NCBI GenBank assembly: GCA_041742965.1
Contig: JBGTNQ010000010.1
Location: 38,079 to 102,078, forward strand
Direction: 5' to 3'
Source: Minisyncoccia bacterium
GTDB lineage: Bacteria > Patescibacteriota > Minisyncoccia > Phycocordibacterales > Zambryskibacteraceae
DNA length: 64,000 nt
In this document: positions 28,311 to 35,934 of the stretch, piece by piece
Layout: each line of letters starts with the position of its first letter
How positions within the stretch are numbered: the first letter of the stretch is position 1
Program-made: the position numbers and the translations under genes
The notes under the pieces: model-generated
What the model was told of the DNA's origin: nothing
Database searches by the model: none
What the model saw: only the letters and a program-made list of their open reading frames with translations

Positions 28311-28344
28311 AACTAGATTTTGATTTCTGGTATAATGGATTATT

Positions 28345-28617
28345 ATGGCAACACAAACAGCAATAGACGTTTTAAAAAAAGAAATAGATAATAAAAAAAG
28401 AGAGCTTGAAAGAGCTAAACAAAAAGTCGGAGACAAAGAAAGGGACGCACAGAAGGAAAAAAGAGAATTAGAAAAAGCTCAAGAAAAAGTTACAGAAGCC
28501 GAGAAAGATATTGAGAAATTAAAAGGCGTAGTGTCAGATATAGAAGCAGAGATTGAAAGGATTCACAATGAAATGGATAGGATGATGGGGGAGTATAATA
28601 GAGAAAAGAAGTCTTAA
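28345..28617 (+). CDS. Coiled-coil protein (90 aa), AT-rich
   Basis: Uninterrupted heptad-like K/E-rich sequence. Composition like the native genome. Confidence 0.45.
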   Translation: MATQTAIDVLKKEIDNKKRELERAKQKVGDKERDAQKEKRELEKAQEKVTEAEKDIEKLKGVVSDIEAEIERIHNEMDRMMGEYNREKKS

Positions 28618-28625
28618 AGAAATAA

Positions 28626-28662
28626 CCCCACTACTTGGAAACTCAGTTTCCAAGTAGTGGGG
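28626..28662. repeat. Palindromic hairpin element, copy B (ccccactacttggaaa-ctcag-tttccaagtagtgggg)
   Basis: 16-bp perfect arms. The ORF-track ORF 28635 (METQFPS...) begins by translating this palindrome and is rejected at its N-terminus. Confidence 0.65.
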
Positions 28663-28733
28663 TTTGCTTGTGGACAAGCCTGAATCTTCTTTGTACTATC
28701 AAGAAGGATTTGCACCTATTTAGGGAGGGACTC

Positions 28734-28949
28734 ATGTATTACGACAGAGCTGATCCGAGGGTTATTGAGAGGGGAAGGGCCAAGCTTGCCGAAGGGAGTG
28801 TGGCTCGAAAGTGCTTTGAGCACATTCTTGAGAAGGGCTTACCATCTCAGAGTGCAAGGGAGTGGTTCGAAGCACTCAAGGACCAGAATTTCTCCGACTG
28901 CATTTTCGAGGTGATTCTATCTCACACCAACAACCTGATCAATGCCTAG
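28734..28949 (+). CDS. Hypothetical protein (71 aa), GC-rich island gene
   Basis: GGGAGGGA ribosome-binding site 3 nt before ATG 28734. Downstream of palindrome copy B. Confidence 0.4.
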   Translation: MYYDRADPRVIERGRAKLAEGSVARKCFEHILEKGLPSQSAREWFEALKDQNFSDCIFEVILSHTNNLINA

Positions 28950-29070
28950 CTCCGCTCAGGATGTACCCGACCTAAGAAGATCTGCCAAATCGGTAGGTCT
29001 TCTTTGTTTACAGCGACTGTTTTAAATAGTATAAAGAAAAAGGAAAGAACTTTCGCTACTCGGAGGTAAG

Positions 29071-29457
29071 ATGCGTAAAAGGAAAGTTGGAGGTCAGCCG
29101 TACAGTATTTCTAGTTACAGGGTTTTGTATCTCGAGATATTGGACCGAGACACCGTGTTCCCTGTGAGCTTTCCAAACTTGGAAACTGAGGTGGTGGTGT
29201 CACGCGGAAGGTATTGTGAGGAAATTCGAGTAAACATTATTACTCTTGCTGATGCCGAGTTGATACTGGCTAGCCGGAAGACTAAGCTCTTGAAAGACTA
29301 TCGCATTTGGGTTCAGGAAGGGAATTCTCCTCTCGCGATTTGGGATCCTCAAACCATCAGGGAAAGCAAGAAGCTCGAGAAGATTCGGGCCATGAGGGAG
29401 AGGGCGTTGGCTATTCAAGAGAGGCAGAAAAGACAGAACCTCTTGAGGAATAAGTAG
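29071..29457 (+). CDS. Hypothetical protein (128 aa), GC-rich island gene
   Basis: GGAGG 5 nt before ATG. Imperfect terminator hairpin at 29480-29530. Confidence 0.45.
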   Translation: MRKRKVGGQPYSISSYRVLYLEILDRDTVFPVSFPNLETEVVVSRGRYCEEIRVNIITLADAELILASRKTKLLKDYRIWVQEGNSPLAIWDPQTIRESKKLEKIRAMRERALAIQERQKRQNLLRNK

Positions 29458-29540
29458 TAGTGGAGTTTGGTTTTCTGGGTAAGGCCCCGCGCTAGTCCAT
29501 TTCAAACGGCTAGTGCGGGGCATTTTGCTATAATAAAAAT

Positions 29541-29810
29541 ATGAAAAGAAGAAGTTTGTTCACAGAACGTGTGTATAAAGTAGTGAAATCGATTCCTAAA
29601 GGAGAGACTTTGTCGTATGGCGGGGTAGCAAAAAGGGCAGGTAACCCCGGGGCTTCACGTGCCGTAGGAACTTTGATGAAAAACAATTTTGATAAAACAG
29701 TTCCGTGCCACAGAGTAATAAAGTCTGATGGTAGTTTAGGCAATTATAATCGCTCCGGTGGGACAGAGGCAAAGAGGAGAATGCTTTTGAAGGAGGGATG
29801 GAGGGGGTAG
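29541..29810 (+). CDS. ogt: Methylated-DNA--protein-cysteine methyltransferase, stand-alone DNA-binding/active-site domain
   Basis: GETLSYGGVAKRAGNPGASRAVGTLMKNN...PCHRVIKSDGSLGNY contains the PCHRV active-site motif. No N-terminal domain. Confidence 0.8.
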   Translation: MKRRSLFTERVYKVVKSIPKGETLSYGGVAKRAGNPGASRAVGTLMKNNFDKTVPCHRVIKSDGSLGNYNRSGGTEAKRRMLLKEGWRG

Positions 29811-29870
29811 GGAGAATGACGAATAAGGAATAATGAATGAGGAAGAGGAGGGGAAAACGAATAAGAAACA

Positions 29871-29914
29871 TTTCAACATTCTCAAGAATGTTGAAATGTT
29901 TCTTAGATATGTTT
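29871..29914. terminator. Bidirectional terminator hairpin, second member of the 19-bp-stem hairpin family
   Basis: aagaaacatttcaacattc-tcaa-gaatgttgaaatgtttctt between convergent genes. Differs from the copy at 196-241 by paired compensatory changes. Confidence 0.6.
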
Positions 29915-30094
29915 TTTTATAAGAGCTCTTAATTCTGCGACATGTTCTTCTTTGTCAGCTTCCATCTTTTTCCAAAAGGCGACAGACTCCTCGTCTCCTT
30001 CGGCGTCTTTTATATATTCGTCTTTGATACGCCAAAGACTTTTGTTTTCCTCTGTTAATTGAAGCATTAAGTTGTATAGATTGTTGTGGAGCAT
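29903..30094 (-). CDS. Hypothetical small acidic helical protein (63 aa)
   Basis: AT-rich ORF convergent with ogt. Its stop lies in the shared hairpin. Confidence 0.35.
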   Translation of the reverse strand: MLHNNLYNLMLQLTEENKSLWRIKDEYIKDAEGDEESVAFWKKMEADKEEHVAELRALIKKHI

Positions 30095-30222
30095 TTTGTA
30101 AAGAATAGGGAAAAACGAATGATGAATAATGAGGAAACAGGAACAGATTCATTCTAATATAAAAATGGAATAAAAAAACACGAGGCGACCGAAGTCGCCT
30201 CGTTTCTACTGACCGCTACTTT

Positions 30223-30495
30223 CTAGTTGCCGTAGTAACGATCGTGCCAGCTTCCCCGTACCACCTTGGGGGCTGGCTCCTGCGCCCCCTCTCTCTTGGG
30301 AGGATCGCTTCTGCCCTTACGCCCCAGAGCCTTGCCGGCTCGGGACATGAACTCCGCGAGTCCCTCGCCCTCCACCGAGTGCTCTCGGTGGAGGTTCTTC
30401 GCCGCAACGAAGAACCTATCCTTCTGCCCGTGGAGCCTTTTGAGCTCCGCGGAGAACGCTTCACGAAGGCGCTCGTTTTCAGCCCTCTCCTTCAC
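30223..30495 (-). CDS. Hypothetical protein (90 aa, GTG start), GC-rich island gene
   Basis: AGGAGG 5 nt before GTG. Terminator acgaggcgac/gtcgcctcgt plus T-run at 30174-30212. Confidence 0.45.
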   Translation of the reverse strand: MKERAENERLREAFSAELKRLHGQKDRFFVAAKNLHREHSVEGEGLAEFMSRAGKALGRKGRSDPPKREGAQEPAPKVVRGSWHDRYYGN

Positions 30496-30680
30496 AAATG
30501 CCTCCTAGGCGGGGTGGTTGGTGCCAAACAGCAGTTCTACACTTAATACTATCATAAAAAAGACAAAAAGTCAATCAAATGTGGATAAGTTTAAAATATG
30601 CCTTAGATAGGCACTTTTTTAGTATAAAAAGTAATACGCGCAGGCTCCCTTAAAGGGTAAGCCCGCGCGTATGGGTGCAA

Positions 30681-31238
30681 TCAAGAGCTGATGATCTTTG
30701 CAGGGAAGACCGCTCCTCCCGGCCAGATTCTGCCCACCCTGTCCAAGTCCATGAATCGCTTGAACCTCTTCTGGATAGACAAATTGGGGTTACTGGAGTA
30801 GTTCGTGAGGAATTGGTGAACTACTGGGACGAGGGTGGCGTCTGGACAAGACTGATTGGGTTCAAACGGAACGCCCGGGAAGACGAAGAGTTGTCCCAAG
30901 TTCCAACTTCTCTCATCTGTGAGGAAGTCCACAGATTCTTGGAAGGAGAGATACTCGAGACCGTCCGCTTTGAGTATGTCCTCAATTCGTCCTCGCCGGA
31001 CATCTTCTCTGAGCGACACCAGCACCACCCCAATTTTTCGGAGTTCGTCTTTACTCGGAGCCTTATCCAGTTTAGGATAGTCAAAGTGAGAGTCGTTGAT
31101 GCGTGAGTCGAAGTGGTGGCACGGCATTGCACTGAATGCCTGTCGAAGACTCATGCGTCCTCCAACCTTCACATCTCTGAGGATGGCCACCTGCTGTTCT
31201 GCTGAGTGCAGAGTGAACTCATCGCTTTCTCGTCCCAT
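30681..31238 (-). CDS. Hypothetical protein (185 aa), GC-rich island gene
   Basis: GAGG ribosome-binding site before ATG 31238. Imperfect terminator at 30631-30675 followed by a T-run on the minus strand. Confidence 0.45.
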   Translation of the reverse strand: MGRESDEFTLHSAEQQVAILRDVKVGGRMSLRQAFSAMPCHHFDSRINDSHFDYPKLDKAPSKDELRKIGVVLVSLREDVRRGRIEDILKADGLEYLSFQESVDFLTDERSWNLGQLFVFPGVPFEPNQSCPDATLVPVVHQFLTNYSSNPNLSIQKRFKRFMDLDRVGRIWPGGAVFPAKIISS

Positions 31239-31322
31239 TTTTTGCCTCGTTTCTAGTTGCGGTTTAGGTACAAAGATTCTCTACAAATACAATCATTTTT
31301 TACAAAAAAGTCAATGAAACAA

Positions 31323-31357
31323 GCCCATACTTGGAAACTCAGTTTCCAAGTATGGGC
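31323..31357. repeat. Palindromic hairpin element, copy C (gcccatacttggaaa-ctcag-tttccaagtatgggc)
   Basis: 15-bp perfect arms at the distal edge of the GC-rich island. The ORF-track ORF 31331 (METQFPS...) is its translation artefact. Confidence 0.65.
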
Positions 31358-31377
31358 TGCCTGTATTTAATTTGCTT

Positions 31378-31830
31378 TTATTGGAAGAGAGCTTCTACCA
31401 CTGTTTTTACATCAGCTCCGTCGGCCTTTCCTTTCAGTTCTTTCATAACTACTCCCATTAGTTGTCCTAATTTGCTTTTGTCCGCATTGAGTTCTATTTT
31501 TTTTGCTTCTGCGACAGTTCGTATTTCATCCAAACTCATCATTTGAGGTAAATATGTCTGCAGAATAGCTAGTTCGGCTTCCTCGCTTTCTGCGAGGTCT
31601 TTTCTTCCTCCGGCCGTGAATTGCTCGATAGAATCTTTTCTCTGCTTCACTCCTCGTCGAATAACATCCAAGGCTTCTTCGTCAGAAAGCTCTTCATTCG
31701 GTTTTCTTTTCTTTGCGACTAGTTCGTTTGTAAAAGCTGATAGAAGACCGCGGAGGGTATTGAGGCGAACTGTTTCCTTGGCGAGCATGGCTTCTTTTAT
31801 CTGATCTCTGATTTGAATATGTAGTGTCAT
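31378..31830 (-). CDS. yqeY: GatB/YqeY domain protein
   Basis: MTLHIQIRDQIKEAMLAKETVRLNTLRGLL... is the typical YqeY N-terminus. Start at ATG 31830; the upstream part of the ORF-track ORF is not coding. Confidence 0.75.
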   Translation of the reverse strand: MTLHIQIRDQIKEAMLAKETVRLNTLRGLLSAFTNELVAKKRKPNEELSDEEALDVIRRGVKQRKDSIEQFTAGGRKDLAESEEAELAILQTYLPQMMSLDEIRTVAEAKKIELNADKSKLGQLMGVVMKELKGKADGADVKTVVEALFQ

Positions 31831-31981
31831 AGGAACATTATACAGAAAAAGGCACGAATGATGAATATGTGTAGCTGTCAGATTACTGCTGTTAGGTGGA
31901 AAAGAATGACGAATAAGTAGTGAGGAATGATGAATAATGATGGGGAATAAGGAAAAATGAAATTCTTGGTATAATAGAGGT

Positions 31982-33043
31982 ATGTCAGAAAGCACTTTTC
32001 TTATTGTTTTTCTTTTGGTTATTCTGGGGTTAAACGCCGTTATTCTGTGGCGCCTTTTTATCCGTGAAAAACAGGGTGGGGAATCGGGTGATGGGTTACT
32101 TCTTATTCAGAACCAAGTGAACGCTTTGGCGAATACTCTGGACAGCAAGCTTTCAGAAAACGCAGACAGACTTCATCAGTCTCTGCAACACCAATCAAGC
32201 GAGTCTGTGAAGATTATTCGTGATATCACGGAAAAACTCACTCGTCTTGATGAGACAAATAAACAAGTGGTTTCCTTTGCAGATCAATTGCAGTCTTTGC
32301 AAGATATTTTGAAAAATCCAAAACAGCGTGGGATACTCGGAGAATATTATTTGGAGACACTTCTAAAAAATGTTTTACCACCAAAAAGTTTTCAAATGCA
32401 GTATCCTTTCAACGATGGGACGATTGTGGATGCGGTAGTGTTTGTGAAAGATAAGGTGATACCGATAGATTCTAAGTTTTCTCTTGAAAACTACAATCGT
32501 TTGGTGGAAGAGAAAGACCCGCTAGAAAAGGAGCGCTTGGAAAAGGCGTTTCGCGCTGACTTGAAAAACAGAATAGATGAAACTTCAAAGTATGTTAAGC
32601 CAAGCGAGGGGACCATGGATTTTGCTTTTATGTTTATTCCGCACGAAGCAATATATTATGATTTACTCATATCTCAGGTGGGTGCGGTGAAGGTGAATAC
32701 AAGAGATTTGATTGAATATGCGTTTAAAGAAAGGAGGGTAATTATAGTTTCTCCAACTTCTTTTCTGGCATATCTCCAGACCGTGCTTCAAGGACTCAAG
32801 GCACTTCAGATAGAGGAAACGGCACAGGATATTATAAAACGCGTTAGTGACCTCGGAAAACATATTAAAAGTTATGAAGAGTATCATGACAAACTTGGCA
32901 CATCTCTTGGTACCGTGGTTAGCCATTTTAACTCATCCCGAAAAGAGCTTGGAAAAATAGATAAAGATGTTTTGAGAATTACTGGAACAGCTGTGGGGGT
33001 TGAGCCGATTGTTCTTGAAAAGCCAGTACTAGAGGACGAGTAA
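31982..33043 (+). CDS. rmuC: DNA recombination protein RmuC
   Basis: N-terminal TM, long coiled coil and RmuC nuclease-like C-domain (VIPIDSKF..., DFAFMFIPHEAIYYDLL). Confidence 0.85.
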   Translation: MSESTFLIVFLLVILGLNAVILWRLFIREKQGGESGDGLLLIQNQVNALANTLDSKLSENADRLHQSLQHQSSESVKIIRDITEKLTRLDETNKQVVSFADQLQSLQDILKNPKQRGILGEYYLETLLKNVLPPKSFQMQYPFNDGTIVDAVVFVKDKVIPIDSKFSLENYNRLVEEKDPLEKERLEKAFRADLKNRIDETSKYVKPSEGTMDFAFMFIPHEAIYYDLLISQVGAVKVNTRDLIEYAFKERRVIIVSPTSFLAYLQTVLQGLKALQIEETAQDIIKRVSDLGKHIKSYEEYHDKLGTSLGTVVSHFNSSRKELGKIDKDVLRITGTAVGVEPIVLEKPVLEDE

Positions 33044-33373
33044 TCCACACGCGCATCAGTGTTTGATGTGTATAATATATAAAGACTTGTAACCGAAAGG
33101 AGGGTTAAAAAAGGTGGGTAGAACCCCGCACCAAACTCTCCGCAGTTCCTATCCAACCCCAGCTTTGGAGATGCACCATGAGTAACAGTCCGTAACCCTC
33201 CTCTCATCGGCTCGAGGCTCCTACCTCAACCTTTGAGAGGGGGTGACCAACTGTCTCTCCTTGTTGGTGAATATCTTGAGTTTCAGGTCACTCCCAACAA
33301 GGGGTGGTGCACTGGGCTCCCGAGCAATTCGGGGGCCCTTGCCATTTTTCTAGATTTATATAGAATGGTACGC

Positions 33374-33754
33374 ACTATGGCTAAAGAATCTACAGAAGTA
33401 AAAACAAAGAAGGCTCCAAAGGCAAAAGTCTCTAAAGACGGCATTTTTGCTGTTATTGCTACTGGAGGCAAACAGTACAAAGTCTCTGAGGGACAAGTTC
33501 TTAAGATTGAAAAAATCCTAGGTGACCACAAAGAGGGTGATTCTCTGACTTTTGATCAAGTGCTTTTGGTGGAAGGTGCTGATACTCAGATTGGTACCCC
33601 GACCGTATCTGGTGCAAAGGTTACTGCTAAATTAGAGAAAATTGGTAGAGCTCCAAAGGTAACTGTTATTAAATACAAACAGAAAAGTAGATATTTTAAG
33701 AAAAACGGTCACCGACAGCCGTATTTTGAAGTGAAGATAGAATCTATAAAATAA
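33374..33754 (+). CDS. rplU: 50S ribosomal protein L21 with Lys-rich N-terminal extension
   Basis: FAVIATGGKQYKVSEGQVLKIEK core. Start set at MAKE; alternative ATG at 33362. rpmA is not adjacent. Confidence 0.8.
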   Translation, partial: TMAKESTEVKTKKAPKAKVSKDGIFAVIATGGKQYKVSEGQVLKIEKILGDHKEGDSLTFDQVLLVEGADTQIGTPTVSGAKVTAKLEKIGRAPKVTVIKYKQKSRYFKKNGHRQPYFEVKIESIK

Positions 33755-33785
33755 ACAAAAATCCCCAGTATCTGGGGGTTTTTGT

Positions 33786-34400
33786 TTAGCTTCTATTTTT
33801 CAAAGCGTTGGCTATAGTGTCTGAATCTGAATATTCAAGTTCGGTACCAGTGGAGAGTCCACGCCCAAGCATTGATACTTTTATATTAAACTTTTCTGTA
33901 AGTGGCCTTATGCGGTTTGTCACAAATTCAGCCGTGTGCTCACCGTCAGTTGTGGCGTTGGTGGCTATGATTATTTCTTTTAAATCTTCGGACCTTTTTT
34001 CAATGAGGGAAAGTAGTTCACGGATTCGTATCTTTTCATCTGGCTCTTTTTCAAGAATTGGTACGACACCTCCGAGTATAAAATATAGACCATCGTAGCT
34101 TTTGGTGCGTTCTATGTTTTCCATATCAACATCTCTTGATACCAGAAGAAGCTTACTAGCGTCTCTGGAATTTAAGGAACAGATTGAGCACATATCTTGC
34201 CGACCGCCATTTTTCGCAAAGTAGCGGAAACATGAAGAACATATTGAGCTTTCTCGTTTTAATGTTTCAAGTTCTCGAACAAGGTCTTTTATATAATCCT
34301 CTCTTTCAGAAACTAGAAAATAAGCAAAACGCTCTGCTTGTTTTGGGCCGATGCCTGGGAATCTGCGGAATAGCTCTATAATGCGTGAGAAGGAGGACAT
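33786..34400 (-). CDS. recR: Recombination protein RecR
   Basis: HhH (FPGIGPKQAERFAYFL), C4 zinc finger, Toprim. Start at M13 of the ORF-track ORF. Confidence 0.85.
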   Translation of the reverse strand: MSSFSRIIELFRRFPGIGPKQAERFAYFLVSEREDYIKDLVRELETLKRESSICSSCFRYFAKNGGRQDMCSICSLNSRDASKLLLVSRDVDMENIERTKSYDGLYFILGGVVPILEKEPDEKIRIRELLSLIEKRSEDLKEIIIATNATTDGEHTAEFVTNRIRPLTEKFNIKVSMLGRGLSTGTELEYSDSDTIANALKNRS

Positions 34401-34453
34401 GATGTGGGGGAATGAATGAGGAATAAGGAATGACAAATAATGAAAAGAAAAAA

Positions 34454-35836
34454 TTAAAATGCCTCGAATTCTTTCTCTGAACCGCCGAAGTTACTTTTAT
34501 CAATACTTTGGAATGTTGCTTTTTTGTCATTGAAGAAGAGCTCCACTTTTCCAGTCTCACCATTTCGATGTTTTTCAATTAGTATTTCGGCAATGTTCGT
34601 GCGTTCTGATTGTTCTTTATATTTGTCTTCTCGGTGAATAAACATCACTACATCGGCATCTTGCTCGATAGAACCTGAGTCACGGAGGTCTGAAAGTCGA
34701 GGTTTACCACCGCGCTGTTCCACCGCACGCGAGAGTTGGGAGAGGGCGATTACAGGAACATCTAGCTCTCGGGCTAGATTTTTTAATGAGCGAGAAATTT
34801 CTGTAACCTGCTGGACCAGATTGTCAGAGCTTCGACTTTGAGTTGGAACCATAAGCTGTAGGTAGTCTACGATAAGGAGACCCAACCCCTTTTCGCTTTT
34901 TAGTCTCCTAGCCACAGAGCGCATTTTTAATATGTTGCTTCCCGGTTGGTCGTCTATATATATGGGCGCTTGAGAGAGTCTGTCTAATGACTGTCTTATG
35001 GCGGCGAAATCACCCTCATCTGAGAGTTTCCCAGTACGGAGTTTCCAAGCGTCTACATTTGATTCAGCAGCAAGCATACGGTCTACTAGCTGTTGGGAGC
35101 TCATCTCAAGGGAAAATATACCAACTGGAACCTTGTGATTTATGGCAGTTTGACGGGCAATATCTAGAGCGAGAGAGGTTTTTCCCATTGATGGTCTGGC
35201 CGCTAAAATGATGAGGTCTGATTTTTGAAAACCAGCGAGCTTGTGATCGAGTTCTTTGAAGCCCGTTGGTACTCCACGCAGTTCACCTTTGTTGTTGTGG
35301 AGATTTTCTAATCTTTCAAAAGCTTCTACCAGTTCGTCTTTCATTGCTACGAATTTGTGTACACCGCCACTTTGTGTGATGTCGTATATATGTTTTTCTG
35401 CCTTGTCTAAAAGATCTTCAAGTTCTGACGACTCGTCGAATCCTAAGTGGGCAATAAATTCTGATGCATCTATGAGTCGACGCATCATATATTTTTTTTG
35501 AATTATTTCGGCATAGTGTTTTATGTTTGCAGAGGAGGGAACAGTGTTGATGATTTCTGTCAGATAACTGGCTCCACCGACCTGATCGAGAAGGTTCTTT
35601 TCTTTGAGTCGAGAAGAAAGAGAAAGGAGGTCTATAGGCGTGCGTTTAGTGAAGAGGTCGAGCATTGAGTCATAGATGATAGCGTGACGCTCAGCGTAAA
35701 AAGACTTTGGAGTTACAAAATCTATAATTTCATATATGGAGTCTGGGCGGAGCATGACAGAACCCAAGAGGGCCATTTCTGCTTCTGTATTTTGTGGAGG
35801 AATTCTAACTTTTTCTCTGATGATGTGTTCGGACAT
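34454..35836 (-). CDS. dnaB: Replicative DNA helicase DnaB
   Basis: N-terminal domain plus RecA-like domain with Walker A (ARPSMGKTS), no intein. Confidence 0.9.
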   Translation of the reverse strand: MSEHIIREKVRIPPQNTEAEMALLGSVMLRPDSIYEIIDFVTPKSFYAERHAIIYDSMLDLFTKRTPIDLLSLSSRLKEKNLLDQVGGASYLTEIINTVPSSANIKHYAEIIQKKYMMRRLIDASEFIAHLGFDESSELEDLLDKAEKHIYDITQSGGVHKFVAMKDELVEAFERLENLHNNKGELRGVPTGFKELDHKLAGFQKSDLIILAARPSMGKTSLALDIARQTAINHKVPVGIFSLEMSSQQLVDRMLAAESNVDAWKLRTGKLSDEGDFAAIRQSLDRLSQAPIYIDDQPGSNILKMRSVARRLKSEKGLGLLIVDYLQLMVPTQSRSSDNLVQQVTEISRSLKNLARELDVPVIALSQLSRAVEQRGGKPRLSDLRDSGSIEQDADVVMFIHREDKYKEQSERTNIAEILIEKHRNGETGKVELFFNDKKATFQSIDKSNFGGSEKEFEAF

Positions 35837-35934
35837 GTGGGAATTTTAACACAGCGGGGTAGTTATATGAAAAAGGTAAAAATATGGACAAAGTGTGGGT
35901 AATTTGGGGACACGTACAGCGGAGGAGCTAACAG

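Noticed and set aside
28635-28949. ORF-track ORFs 28635-28949 and 31331-31546 both beginning METQFPS...
   Set aside because: Their identical N-termini are simply the translation of the palindromic repeat (ggaaactcagtttccaag). The 28734-28949 part has its own ribosome-binding site and ATG and is kept. 31331-31546 lies antisense to yqeY and is rejected.
29169-29190. tttccaaacttggaaactgag partial palindrome inside ORF 29071
   Set aside because: It shares the core with the hairpin family, but the arms are in swapped order and it lies in coding sequence. Possibly chance or a degraded copy. Mentioned under the repeat finding but not called as a feature.
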